Both the position numbers and the translations under genes were made by a program. A DNA stretch of 64,000 nucleotides from a bacterium (lineage in GTDB: Bacteria; JAAXHH01), in assembly GCA_963693015.1 (NCBI GenBank), contig OY843748.1, positions 1,024,395-1,088,394 on the forward strand, given 5' to 3'. Positions 48,801-58,320 of the stretch are shown piece by piece. Below the pieces are notes generated by a model. That model was not told the origin of the DNA. It saw only the letters and a list, made by a program, of their open reading frames with translations, and made no database searches. Position 1 is the stretch's first letter; each line of letters starts with the position of its first letter.

Positions 48801-49951
48801 TGGAGTCAGAGATGGACCTGTGCATTCGCGGGTTTCTCAGGTCGATTGAGGAAGAGGCTCGTGCCGAAATCCTGGCAAAGGCAGCCCAAGACTTCGCTTC
48901 GGATCACATTGCCCGACTGTACCGTTGCGCACCGTTTTGCCAGCATACCTGGCGCCTGGTCGACGCATATGACAAAGTAGTCCAGGACCGTTACTGGCAA
49001 GCGGTCATACCGGACAGGGTTCGCTTTACGGAAGAAGAAGAAGAATTATCCGAGTTTGTAGACCGCATGCTGGATGCGAAACGACCCCGTGACGCGTTTC
49101 ACTTCACGCGTTTCGACTATTCGAAGATTGAAACGTCGCAGTTGCAGCGTCTACTTCTAGGCCTCGTCGCAGTGGACGCGGTTCCAGATGAAAGTTACCA
49201 TCACCAACTAAACAGCCATGACGTCGCGGATGCGATGCGGGAACTAAGCGGTCGAGTCGGGATAGATCGATCGGAGATGGCCAAGATGGAGTTCATGTTC
49301 ATCCAGACTCTAAGTCACAGTGAATACGGGATTCCCAATTTGGAACGTTTGGTGGCCGAGTCGCCCATTGACTTTGTCCGGATCCTGGCACTGAGTTTCA
49401 GGCGTAAAGATGGTGGCCAGGATCCCCGCGAATGGGACATAGCGAACGCGGCCAACCGTGCCAAACTGGCAAGCGCGGCTTACCGAGTTCTTATGCATAT
49501 GAGTTTCATTCCCGGAACCACAGATGATGATATAGATGAAGCATACCTGTCACGGTGGATCGCGGAAGCACGACGACTCAGCGCCGAACACGGGCGCGAG
49601 GTAGCGGGTGACCACTACATAGGCCAGATCCTGGCAAGAGGTCCGGCAGACGAGAACGGCGTAAAACCCTGTCAGGCGGTCTCAGCGGCTATGGAAAAGG
49701 TCGGTTCTGAAGAAATCGCTTCCGGATTCTTAATCGGAGTCCTCAACGCACGCGGGGTGGTTTGGCGATCTCACGAGGAAGGGGGGAAGCAGGAACGTGA
49801 ACTCGCGGACATGTACCGCAACTGGGCCTCGCTACGTTCCCCAGACTTTCCCTACGTCGGAAGTATCCTGGAGAAAATCGCTGAAGACTACGACCGTCAG
49901 GCTCAAAGAGAAGACGACAGGGTGGAAATCGAACGCAGGCTGGAGCATTGA
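45872..49951 (+). CDS. Giant (1359 aa) protein: N-terminal HigA-like HTH antitoxin-type domain fused to a large uncharacterised body (central unknown domain plus long helical-repeat region)
   Basis: N-terminal HPGAYVSREVIPKGMSVTKAAELLGVGRPALSNFLNGNAALSQEMALRLERTFG matches the HigA/VapI HTH. No Walker A or nuclease motif was found in the remaining 1270 aa. The region is lower in GC than the chromosome backbone. The stop lies 58 nt before the next gene. Confidence 0.7.
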   Translation: MAQYGTTEDNIHPGAYVSREVIPKGMSVTKAAELLGVGRPALSNFLNGNAALSQEMALRLERTFGADREALLDLQAKYDRRDEAIDTPVAAGRHAPTLVQITARRIEEWADTIVAREELPALLRRLVYSTGNQLTRVDFPAFDNAQRPGWDGEVELPVPTPWIPAGRSGWEFGCSERPATKANADYTKRVRAFPSGERRKRTFVFVTPRNWPGKGKWAAEKAAQGDWKDVRAYDASDLEQWLEQSAETQVWFSERLGVPIEGFRSPEMCWSDWANVCEPVLSPSLFSLAEGSIDDFNRWLSAQPERNFIVSADSPDEALAFACHVVREAKSDVGEPGAGALVFDTPESIRRFRASNTAPRIAIIHNAVVEREIGDLCRSCHVIIMRPANDVDVDPDIRLKLPSWQYLSDALTSMEIDEDRIDRLIRESGRSPAVLRRRLSTVPAIRNPAWSGNPQIARKLLPAALVGAWSKASTADLEVVRRLVRTDDDNVVEDRVMELLNLPDSPLWSRGDYRGVVSRIDALFGIARFVTGEALNMFFSEAERVLSESDPALDLPENERWTAAVHGKVRAYSAALRQGIREMLVILAIHGNHLFRDRLNVDLENRVSSLIRDLLTPLTLDILLSHQEDLPVYAEAAPDGFLKIIEDDLDKPNPVVFGLLKPVDASLFEDCPRTGLLWALECLAWKHPSKVSLILAKMTRIRIDDNWAHKPLDSLQAIYRFWIPQTAATLEDRVRGLKLLANRNPEVCWQICVAQFDTGPQSATPAYRPRWRDEAEGSGHGVSHAQIVEFRKKVFGLILQWLNHDHRTLGDLVERFHGFTDEDQSTIWDLIEAWAVAAADDGTKSELRERIREKMFTRSGMRRRMPEESLARARTAYDLLKPQDPVDRNSWLFKDYWIEPSADGIEGEDTENHEDIVRQLRSSAMGEIWSERGFQGVAAVLVNCAVPMDVGDALNVHITDSGARVCFLRQCLSVADLESEMDLCIRGFLRSIEEEARAEILAKAAQDFASDHIARLYRCAPFCQHTWRLVDAYDKVVQDRYWQAVIPDRVRFTEEEEELSEFVDRMLDAKRPRDAFHFTRFDYSKIETSQLQRLLLGLVAVDAVPDESYHHQLNSHDVADAMRELSGRVGIDRSEMAKMEFMFIQTLSHSEYGIPNLERLVAESPIDFVRILALSFRRKDGGQDPREWDIANAANRAKLASAAYRVLMHMSFIPGTTDDDIDEAYLSRWIAEARRLSAEHGREVAGDHYIGQILARGPADENGVKPCQAVSAAMEKVGSEEIASGFLIGVLNARGVVWRSHEEGGKQERELADMYRNWASLRSPDFPYVGSILEKIAEDYDRQAQREDDRVEIERRLEH

Positions 49952-50009
49952 ACGGTTTCAAGACGTTGATACGTCAATTGGACCCGTGAACAAGAACAGG
50001 ATATTCCAC

Positions 50010-52667
50010 ATGACTAATCCTTCCGAAGCAACTGGCAGCGATTCTCACGATCAAGGCACGGGTAGTGTAGCCGATCCTCTGGCCGATATCCTCGCTTGGT
50101 CTCGGAATTGCCCTGTATGGCAACGTGACGCGCTACGACGCCTATGTATCAAGGGTAGGCTGGACGAGTCCGACACGTCAGACCTCATATCCCTCTGCAA
50201 GCACAGGGGAAAGGACGCTACTGTATTTACTGCAGAGCATATTCCCGATCCGGATGCTGCATCAGCGACGTTAAATCTAAGGACCATCCGAGGTGTAAAG
50301 AACGTAAACGCCCTGAAACCGGATGAAGTCCTCACCTTCGGAAAGAAGGAGAAGGGCCTGACCGTTGTGTACGGTGACAACGGAGCGGGTAAATCGGGAT
50401 ACGCCCGTATTCTCAAGCAAGTCTGCCGGTCGCGCGCACCTGCGAACCAAAACGGTATTCTCCCTAACATCCATGCAGAGACAGCTGGACAACAACAGGC
50501 TGTTATCGAGTACACTGCCGACGGAGAAAACAAATGCGCGAAGTGGACAGCTGATCATACCGATAACACCGCGCTCTCCGGAATCAGTATTTTTGACCGC
50601 AATACCGCCAACGTTCATGTGCAAAATGCGAACGATGTCGCCTACACGCCCATGCCGATGCGCGTGCTTGAGCAACTCGCTGAAATCTGCAAGCAGGTTA
50701 GTCAACGTATCAAACAGGACATCCAAGAACTTGAACAGTTGACCCCGGCAATCATCCGGCGACCGCAGTGCCATGACGACACGGCGGTCGGCAAGCTGAT
50801 CGCCAGACTCGGCGAACAAACGAAGGTACAGGAAGTTCGCGCTCTCGCGACTTTAAACGATGCTGAGAAAGCTCGGATGGCAACGCTCCAGGGTGATATA
50901 GGGACCGATCCCCACAATAAAGCACGCCAGGTCAGGGCGCTGAGGGATCGTCTAGATGCGTTCAGTACGAAGTTCGAGGCATTGCAGAAAGCTGTTGACG
51001 ATGAACAGGTCGTCCACCTTATGGCCTTGAATAAGGTATATCAAACCGCGCGGACGGCAGCCGAGGCCGCTGCCGGAGATCTCTTCGCCGACGAGCCGTT
51101 GCCCGATATCGGCACCGATGTGTGGCGCACGCTTTGGGACGCGGCCCGGCACTACTCAGAGGAACGGGTTTACCCGGACGAGTCATTTCCGTTCACGGGC
51201 GACGACGCTCGGTGTGTACTGTGTCAGCAAGAATTGAACGACGATGCGGCCGACCGGTTTAAACGCTTTGAGGATTTTGTTAAAGACGACACGAAGCGGA
51301 AGGAAAACATGGCCGGTGAAGAGTACCGAGCCGCGCTTGACGAGATCGTCCGTGCTGATATTACCATCGCAGATATTCAGGCCACGATCGCTCTGATCCG
51401 CGACGAGTTGAATGACGATGAACTGGCTGAAACCGCAGGTCGGGCAGCGGTGACGCTGAAATGGCGAATACGTGCGATCCGCCGTAACCATAGGCTCGGG
51501 AACCAGGCCGCCCTTCCCACAGCCGCGACCTGGCCTGCCGATGCCGTCGCCGTTCACACCACCAACCTGTCGGATCGAATACGAGTTTTGCTCGCAGAGA
51601 ACGAGTCCGAGGAACGCAGGCGGATGCGCACCGAGTTCGCGGAACTGAAGGACCGCGAATGGCTGGCAACGATACAGAACGATATCATTGCGGAGATAGA
51701 CCGCCGAAAGAGGCGGGCTATGCTCAAGGAGACCCTCAAGGATACGACGACAAATCGGATCACGACCAAGAGCGGGGAAATTGCCGAGCGGCTTGTAACG
51801 AATGCCTTGCGCGAGCGGTTTACAGATGAGATCGCCAAATTGGACCTTAGAGCACTAAAGATAGAACTTCGTAAGGGACAGGCGAACTACGGTATACCGC
51901 GCTTCAAGGTCAGCCTGATCGGAAAACCTGATGCGCCGCTCGGCGAGGTCCTGAGCGAGGGTGAGCACCGTTGCGTCGCGCTGGCAGCGTTTCTCGCAGA
52001 ACTGGCCACTACGGAAAGCCGGTCGGCGATCGTGTTCGACGACCCCGTTTCGTCGCTTGATCACATGCACCGCAAATCGGTAGCATACAGGTTGGCCGAA
52101 GAAGGCAAATCTCGGCAGGTTATAGTCTTTACGCACGATATCGCATTCCTGTTCCTGCTCGATCAGGCATGCCGCGAAAAGGGTGCGCTTATTGCCTTCC
52201 GAAGTGTGTCACGCAACGACGACTACGCGGGACTCGTTCAACAGGACCCGCCAGTGCGCGCCCAGTCGCTCGACAAGGTGATCGACGGGTTGCAGAAGCA
52301 GTTCGACAACGAGAAATACTTCTACGAGAGCGGCGAACATAACCAATGGGAGCGAACCGTGGACGGGTTGCAAAAACGCTTGCGTGTTACATGGGAACGA
52401 GCCGTCGAGGAGGCTCTCAGCCCGGTATTCAAGCGCCTTTCCGATAAGGTGGACACCACAGGACTGGCGAAGGTCACTGTATTGAAGATAGATGACTGCA
52501 ACAAGATGCGCGAAGCTTACGGTCGCTGTTCGCCCTTACTGCACAGTGCGCCGGATGCTCTTAACCGACCAATTCCACCGCCTGGAGCCGTGCAGGCAGA
52601 GATCACCACATTGCGAACGTGGGTTGCAGACATAAGGCAACGCCAAGGCGAGATCGACCGGATGTAG
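50010..52667 (+). CDS. RloC-like AAA_13 family Rad50/SMC-type ATPase with coiled-coil zinc hook
   Basis: The start MTNPSEATG at 50010 is preferred; the track start at 49797 overlaps the upstream gene. Walker A VVYGDNGAGKSGYARI. Coiled-coil middle region with CVLCQQEL (a CxxC hook). ABC signature LSEGEHRCVALAAFLAEL, Walker B IVFDDPVSSLD, H-loop VIVFTHD, and a roughly 180 aa C-terminal tail. Confidence 0.7.
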   Translation: MTNPSEATGSDSHDQGTGSVADPLADILAWSRNCPVWQRDALRRLCIKGRLDESDTSDLISLCKHRGKDATVFTAEHIPDPDAASATLNLRTIRGVKNVNALKPDEVLTFGKKEKGLTVVYGDNGAGKSGYARILKQVCRSRAPANQNGILPNIHAETAGQQQAVIEYTADGENKCAKWTADHTDNTALSGISIFDRNTANVHVQNANDVAYTPMPMRVLEQLAEICKQVSQRIKQDIQELEQLTPAIIRRPQCHDDTAVGKLIARLGEQTKVQEVRALATLNDAEKARMATLQGDIGTDPHNKARQVRALRDRLDAFSTKFEALQKAVDDEQVVHLMALNKVYQTARTAAEAAAGDLFADEPLPDIGTDVWRTLWDAARHYSEERVYPDESFPFTGDDARCVLCQQELNDDAADRFKRFEDFVKDDTKRKENMAGEEYRAALDEIVRADITIADIQATIALIRDELNDDELAETAGRAAVTLKWRIRAIRRNHRLGNQAALPTAATWPADAVAVHTTNLSDRIRVLLAENESEERRRMRTEFAELKDREWLATIQNDIIAEIDRRKRRAMLKETLKDTTTNRITTKSGEIAERLVTNALRERFTDEIAKLDLRALKIELRKGQANYGIPRFKVSLIGKPDAPLGEVLSEGEHRCVALAAFLAELATTESRSAIVFDDPVSSLDHMHRKSVAYRLAEEGKSRQVIVFTHDIAFLFLLDQACREKGALIAFRSVSRNDDYAGLVQQDPPVRAQSLDKVIDGLQKQFDNEKYFYESGEHNQWERTVDGLQKRLRVTWERAVEEALSPVFKRLSDKVDTTGLAKVTVLKIDDCNKMREAYGRCSPLLHSAPDALNRPIPPPGAVQAEITTLRTWVADIRQRQGEIDRM

Positions 52668-52842
52668 TAACGCCGAACCGGTGGTGCTCAGTTTGCGCCA
52701 TTACCTCATTGTCGGGTTTCGCTTGAAGTTTTGACCCAATTCCTGCGGGGTTGTCCAGAGTTTAGACCGCAGATTGAGCGTCACGCAAATTACGGATTTA
52801 ACCGGTGCTGGGCGGCATCGTTATGTATCCGGAGGACCGCGA

Positions 52843-53730
52843 ATGGCGAATACGATCATCTACAAGGAAACGCATGAGATCATAAACTGGTTGGACACTG
52901 CGTTGAAGATGGAATGGCAGAAATACGCAGCTACCCCGGTGAGGTCAGACGTAGACCCGGAGCATATGGTAGCCCAGGGTTGGGGATACGTTATTGCAGG
53001 ATACTCACTGATTGAACAAGGCCTCAAGGCAGTGCTGCACTTACGCGGCGTCGAACCGCCGAAGACGCATGTGTTAAGCGATCTGCACACCAGATTACCT
53101 TCAGGGGATCAGGACGTATTAAGAACATACTACGACGACTTCCGCTATACTTTCCCTGGTATGCGTGCGTTCCCACTGGCATCGTTCGACAAGTATCTGG
53201 TGAATCTGGACGGTGTAAAGAACAGCCAAGATCGATACTTCGGTGCGACTGATTGGCGTTACTTCCTGACCGAGGAAAAAAGTGGAGCGTCGATGCCGCT
53301 GGTAAGCGTCAACGTAATGCATGAGGTCGCGTTCGGTTGCGTAATGATAGTTGAGTCAATCTACAAGGACGAGGATCTGACGGAGAGGTACACATACAGT
53401 TGGCGGCTTCAAAGGGAAAGATCGAAACTGTTATCAATCTGGTTTTCGAACCGCATTAACTCGCTTGGATGGGGGCAGGAAGGCGACCGGATCGAGATAC
53501 TTTGGGGGCCGGACTACAATGATCGGTACGACTATCTAGCGTTCAAAGACGATCGACACCAGTGGTTCTTTGCGCCGCTTCCAAACGCGGAGGAAACCAA
53601 GCTTTCGATGATAGACAAGCGGCAAGAACTGAAATCATTCGACCTCGAGAAAGGGTTCTGGAACCATGGTACCGCTAGTGGTATGCCGGAGAGGCGTCAT
53701 GAATCCGAGCCACGTCACATCATGTATTAG
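52843..53730 (+). CDS. Hypothetical protein (296 aa), island cargo of unknown function
   Basis: Start MANTIIYKETHEI at 52843 with GGAGGA 7 nt upstream. No motif recognised. It lies between the RloC-like ATPase and the Type ISP gene. Confidence 0.5.
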   Translation: MANTIIYKETHEIINWLDTALKMEWQKYAATPVRSDVDPEHMVAQGWGYVIAGYSLIEQGLKAVLHLRGVEPPKTHVLSDLHTRLPSGDQDVLRTYYDDFRYTFPGMRAFPLASFDKYLVNLDGVKNSQDRYFGATDWRYFLTEEKSGASMPLVSVNVMHEVAFGCVMIVESIYKDEDLTERYTYSWRLQRERSKLLSIWFSNRINSLGWGQEGDRIEILWGPDYNDRYDYLAFKDDRHQWFFAPLPNAEETKLSMIDKRQELKSFDLEKGFWNHGTASGMPERRHESEPRHIMY

Positions 53731-53886
53731 CCGATGGTTGTTGCTCTGCTGGAGACCGTGGTAGATTGTAACGTCTGGATATACTGCCACTCGGGTACCA
53801 GCTATCAAGCACAAGGTGATAATCGCTTCGGGCGGTCTGGGCTAGCTGGTAGCTACGTCGACTATCGCCGGAATACCATCTCCATC

Positions 53887-56800
53887 TCACTCCGCACCAC
53901 GCTCGTTGGAAATGGTCGGCTCGCGGCTCATTCGGGCTCTCCAGTCTCTGATCGTCTCGATAGCGATCCCCGTCGTCTGAGTTGCGGCCTGGTCAAGACA
54001 CTCCCGCACTTCGTCATCTGTGGCATACTTCCACGGCTTGACCGGCATGTGCCTGACGTGTTCATATGCTTCGGCGAGAGTAGCAGGACTTGTCGCCTTG
54101 AAATCCGGAACGGGTAGTGTGGCCAGTTCAGCTTGAGAAAAAGAGGGGTTTGACAAGGTTGACCCTCGTTTCATTAGAAATCCAAGTGCTCCGAGCGTGC
54201 TGTTACACCATGCACACAGTGCTTTCGCCTCACTGAGACTGATTGTCTTGTCTTGGATAGGAACCCACATCGACCCGACAGTCGGTGCGTTGCTCAAAAT
54301 TGAAAGCAACCTTCCAGACTGTGTATTGAACCTTGCCGCGAGTAGGACATGTCCAGCCTGTTTACGGTAACGAGCGGCAAGGGCAGGCTTCTTATCAGCG
54401 ACAGCCTGCTCCGGGACTGCCTCCATGGTGGTCCGTAGATCCTTCGACCGACCCCAGAACACGCGGTAGCCGTCACCACCTTCTCCATCGTCGACCGGAC
54501 TAAACGCATCGCGAATCCTCCGACCGGCAGGTCCGAGCAGGGATCGTTGGCCAAGCGGCACGAGTCCGTGTTCTTTTTCGAGTTGCATCGCAGCGTCAAC
54601 AAGTACCGGATCCAGAAACTGGCACGGGCGCCAATCGCCGTCCCTGATGCGCACCTCAGGCTGTTCGTAAACGGTAATCCACTTCCCTGCGTCGTCCGCC
54701 TCTATGGCTTCGACCACCTCAATGGCCTCCGCAGTATTCGAAGGCATGACGCGCAACGAAATGAAACGGGTGGGCTGCCTATCGCCATCCTCGGGCCTGC
54801 TTCCATCACGCCTGCAAACAAGCAGCGACTCGTGTATGGCGGTGTTCTCGCTGAAATTGGGTCTTCGCGGATCATGGCTTGTAACGACGGTCTCGACGTG
54901 GAATCTCTCGGCAAGGTATTTCCGTTCCGCCAGACCGCCGGAACCAGTACAAGCCGTGGTGGGGATTACCTTGGCAAGCGTTCCTCCCCGTGCCCCACGT
55001 ATCAGCATGTCGGCGAGGGGGGTAAAGTAGGTACTGAGGCTATTGGCCGTGACGACGCCTTTCGCCCCCTGATCTCTGCGTTCCAGAAATTTCTGTATAC
55101 CGAGTTCATGGCGTTGCATCGCCTTCCGGCCGTCCTCGCCGTACTTCCTGCTTCTGTTCTCGTTCGCGGTAAAAGGGGCATTCATGATGACAACATCGAG
55201 GTTGCGCAAACGGAATCGGAACATATCACTTTCAATAACTTGGGAGGGATCTATTGCATTAACCTGAGCCGCTTCAAGGGTTGAGAGTGAACGCACCGGC
55301 ACGATCATAGCACGCAGATCTCGGGCGTCATCCGCAGTGCTTAAAACCTCTAGTGATCCAGCCTTCGTAGTCCCGTCACTCTGTGGTCCGTGAGGCATAG
55401 TGAACAAGTTCATGCGCGCGTAGTCGACTGTAGGTGCACCGAGAGTCATATTGCAGGCGGCGAGTTGAATTCCATGCTGATTTATGTCTAGACCGCAAAG
55501 CACGTCTTCAACGAGTCGACGGTGCAGACGATTACGAGCTTCACCATTTAATTCTTGGCTACCTTCACAGCGGTCTTTGATTGTTTTCAGGGTCGCCATG
55601 AGCAGCGTCCCCGTTCCGCACGCCGGATCCATGATTCTAAGGTTTGCAACCGCTTCAGAGTCATTCCAGTCGATGAAACTCTCACTTAGTGCCATGCGTG
55701 CCAGCATGACCGCCGAAAGGTTGTTCGTGTAGAATGCACCGTCACTTTTAGCTGAACCGAGAATTCGGTGGTAAAGTGGCCCCGCATGATCATGGCCAAG
55801 ATCGCTCAGTGAGTCGGCAACACGGTTCGCACACTCGGCAACGACACGAATCGCGTTATCGACCGCAGTTCCTTCACGTAGCGCACCGAGTACAGCCAGA
55901 GCAGGTCGGAAAACCGGAGCATAATCCTTTTCTAAGATCGCCTCCCATGCGATTTGAAGTACCTCTCTTGGGTTGCTCGAACCTGCAACTCTGTCGAGGC
56001 GCAATATAGTCTTCATCTCCGGTTCGTCCCGAAGCCTGCGCTGGAGTAGGCAGGCGTTGCAGAGCATGAGTGCCGCGATCGTGCAGATCCCCTTGGCACC
56101 ACCATCGTCTTCGGGCACCAAGTCAAGCGCTTCTGCGAGCGGACCTTCCATGCCTTCTTCCTGGAGTACCCTACTAGCATGTAAAACTGCATCGACGATT
56201 TCATCAGCCACGACTTGACCCGGTCTACCAAGCCCTGAAGCTGCCGCAACCTGCGCATAAATCCCCTGTTCAGCTTCCTTTAAATCGAGTCTCTGCTGGA
56301 TATTTCCTGGTTGTGTTTCACGAACCACGCCGGGAGGTTTGGTTGTTCCGTTAGACGTACTTTGTTCGTAAACTTTTACGAAAGTAGCCGGGGATTCGGC
56401 CAAACGTCCATCATGGGCTTGTAGTGCACGGAGAACGCGTCCGACCGTCTGATATCCCTCGGTTCCTCGCTCAAGTGCCGCCGCGACATCACTTCCGGGT
56501 TCCACGATTACTGGTACAATAATGTATCCGAAACGCTTACCTGGCGCTTTCCTCATGACCCGCCCAACGGCCTGAACTACATCAATCTGACTGTCTCTCG
56601 GATCGAGGAATGCAACTGCGTCCAACTGAGGTACGTCGACGCCTTCAGTGAAAAGTTTTACGTTGCAGACTAATCTGCACTCATCTTCTCGATTTACCTG
56701 AGCGAGCGCTCTAAGCTCCAGATTGCGTTGGAGTGCACTATTGGACGCATCCAGGTGATTGGCGATTACCTTCATTGCACGTCCATCTTTCATTCGCCTT

Positions 56801-58320
56801 GTAGTTGCTCTGAGTACTTCGCTTTCCATGAGCGCGCCTGCATACCACTTCGATCGCGCAATGCTGTTCGCAAACGCCATGGTGCGAGGAAGCTTTCCCG
56901 GTTGCTCAAGGACTGTGCCTTCAGTGACCCCGTTCACCGCAAGAGATACGCCCAGAACCCGAGTCATTTCGTTCGTCGTTGGAGTGTTCTTTTGCTTCGA
57001 AGTAGTTTCCAGAATTTCGAGCCTTCGACGGAGCCCGGGGGTTACACTCGCGCTACTCACGCCCAGAACAATGACGCGGTAATCCGAAAGCATACCGTGC
57101 TCAACAGCCTCGGCAAACGGGAGGTGGTGGAACAGCGGTCCATAGACGTGGTGATCGTTCATGTCGACGACTTCGACGCCTTGCTCAGCGAGTTTTCGTT
57201 TTGAACGTTGGGTGTATATTCGCGGTGTTGCGGTCATGTAGAGTCTTTTTCGGGCTCGCAGCCGCTCCTCATCGTGAAACTCTTGAAAGTCGACCTTTCG
57301 GAATCCGTTCGATTTTCGCTCACCTAGAAGTGCTCCAGTCGTCCGGTGGGCTTCATCAGCGATCGCCAGATCAAACATCGGAGCGTTGTGTGTTTCCTGC
57401 GCCTCAGTGACACGTCCCAGTGAGTGATAAGTACAGAACACGACGCTAGTTGGACCTGCACCGGTAAGCGCAGCGGCGATCTTGGCCGGATCCGTTGTAA
57501 CCGGACACTCCAGCTCAGAAATCCGGATATCTTCATTTTCGTTACGCCCACCTGCGGTCGGATCGGAGCAAACGACAATACACTCAAGCTTACGCGTTGT
57601 CTGCCGTAGCCATTCACGCCGGGCTTGAGAGACCAGTGCGATAGTCGGTGCCGCAAAAAGTATCCGCTGGCCGTCTTCAACAACCTGCTCTGCGATACGA
57701 AGTGAGGTGAATGTCTTGCCTGTACCACAAGCCATTACGAGCCGACCACGGTCGTGGTTGGATAATCCATTAACAGTATCTTCAATTGCCTCTACCTGAA
57801 GCGGCCAGGGATCCTGTATAGGTCGCTCGGTGTCCTGTTCTTCGACCTGAATATTGAGGTACTCGCGGAAATCAACCTGCGTAACTTGGGGATTAGCGTT
57901 CTGGATAGCATTTTCCGCATTTGGACCCCACCGGCATGTGGCAACTATCCACCGTAGCTGGTAAATCTCCTGCTGAGATCCTCCGAGAAACTTGTCGATC
58001 TCGCCCTTTCCTAAAGTATGACCTTCCTCATAACATTTGCACTGGATGGCAACCCATTCTCCAGTGGTTCGCCGTGCAACTAAGTCGATTCCTATATCGC
58101 GACCATCAAGTCCGGTCAACGCTTCGCGCTCCGGCCAATCTGGCCAACGCCATATTTCGTCTATTTCGAATTCGGCCTGTTGCAGCGCAATGCGCATGAA
58201 CAACTGCTCGAACCAGCGTCCCTTTTCGGATTCGTCACGGCTTTCTGAACGAATGCGTTTGAGGATCTCGCCAGCACTCGGCCGACCGCCTAAATCGAGA
58301 TTGATCTGGACGTTTGTCAT
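53887..58320 (-). CDS. Single-polypeptide Type ISP-like restriction-modification enzyme: Mrr-type PD-(D/E)xK nuclease + SF2 helicase-like motor + gamma-class N6-adenine methyltransferase + C-terminal target-recognition region
   Basis: About 1477 aa. Nuclease GIDLVARR...VAIQCKCYEE (D...QxK). Motor motifs ACGTGKTFT (I), IADEAHRTTG (DEAH, II), YMTATPRI (III) and QAVGRVMR (VI). Methyltransferase motif I IMDPACGTGTLLMA and motif IV VIMNAPF (an NPPF variant). The start at 58320 (MTNVQ) or 58356 is uncertain. Confidence 0.65.
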   Translation of the reverse strand: MTNVQINLDLGGRPSAGEILKRIRSESRDESEKGRWFEQLFMRIALQQAEFEIDEIWRWPDWPEREALTGLDGRDIGIDLVARRTTGEWVAIQCKCYEEGHTLGKGEIDKFLGGSQQEIYQLRWIVATCRWGPNAENAIQNANPQVTQVDFREYLNIQVEEQDTERPIQDPWPLQVEAIEDTVNGLSNHDRGRLVMACGTGKTFTSLRIAEQVVEDGQRILFAAPTIALVSQARREWLRQTTRKLECIVVCSDPTAGGRNENEDIRISELECPVTTDPAKIAAALTGAGPTSVVFCTYHSLGRVTEAQETHNAPMFDLAIADEAHRTTGALLGERKSNGFRKVDFQEFHDEERLRARKRLYMTATPRIYTQRSKRKLAEQGVEVVDMNDHHVYGPLFHHLPFAEAVEHGMLSDYRVIVLGVSSASVTPGLRRRLEILETTSKQKNTPTTNEMTRVLGVSLAVNGVTEGTVLEQPGKLPRTMAFANSIARSKWYAGALMESEVLRATTRRMKDGRAMKVIANHLDASNSALQRNLELRALAQVNREDECRLVCNVKLFTEGVDVPQLDAVAFLDPRDSQIDVVQAVGRVMRKAPGKRFGYIIVPVIVEPGSDVAAALERGTEGYQTVGRVLRALQAHDGRLAESPATFVKVYEQSTSNGTTKPPGVVRETQPGNIQQRLDLKEAEQGIYAQVAAASGLGRPGQVVADEIVDAVLHASRVLQEEGMEGPLAEALDLVPEDDGGAKGICTIAALMLCNACLLQRRLRDEPEMKTILRLDRVAGSSNPREVLQIAWEAILEKDYAPVFRPALAVLGALREGTAVDNAIRVVAECANRVADSLSDLGHDHAGPLYHRILGSAKSDGAFYTNNLSAVMLARMALSESFIDWNDSEAVANLRIMDPACGTGTLLMATLKTIKDRCEGSQELNGEARNRLHRRLVEDVLCGLDINQHGIQLAACNMTLGAPTVDYARMNLFTMPHGPQSDGTTKAGSLEVLSTADDARDLRAMIVPVRSLSTLEAAQVNAIDPSQVIESDMFRFRLRNLDVVIMNAPFTANENRSRKYGEDGRKAMQRHELGIQKFLERRDQGAKGVVTANSLSTYFTPLADMLIRGARGGTLAKVIPTTACTGSGGLAERKYLAERFHVETVVTSHDPRRPNFSENTAIHESLLVCRRDGSRPEDGDRQPTRFISLRVMPSNTAEAIEVVEAIEADDAGKWITVYEQPEVRIRDGDWRPCQFLDPVLVDAAMQLEKEHGLVPLGQRSLLGPAGRRIRDAFSPVDDGEGGDGYRVFWGRSKDLRTTMEAVPEQAVADKKPALAARYRKQAGHVLLAARFNTQSGRLLSILSNAPTVGSMWVPIQDKTISLSEAKALCAWCNSTLGALGFLMKRGSTLSNPSFSQAELATLPVPDFKATSPATLAEAYEHVRHMPVKPWKYATDDEVRECLDQAATQTTGIAIETIRDWRARMSREPTISNERGAE

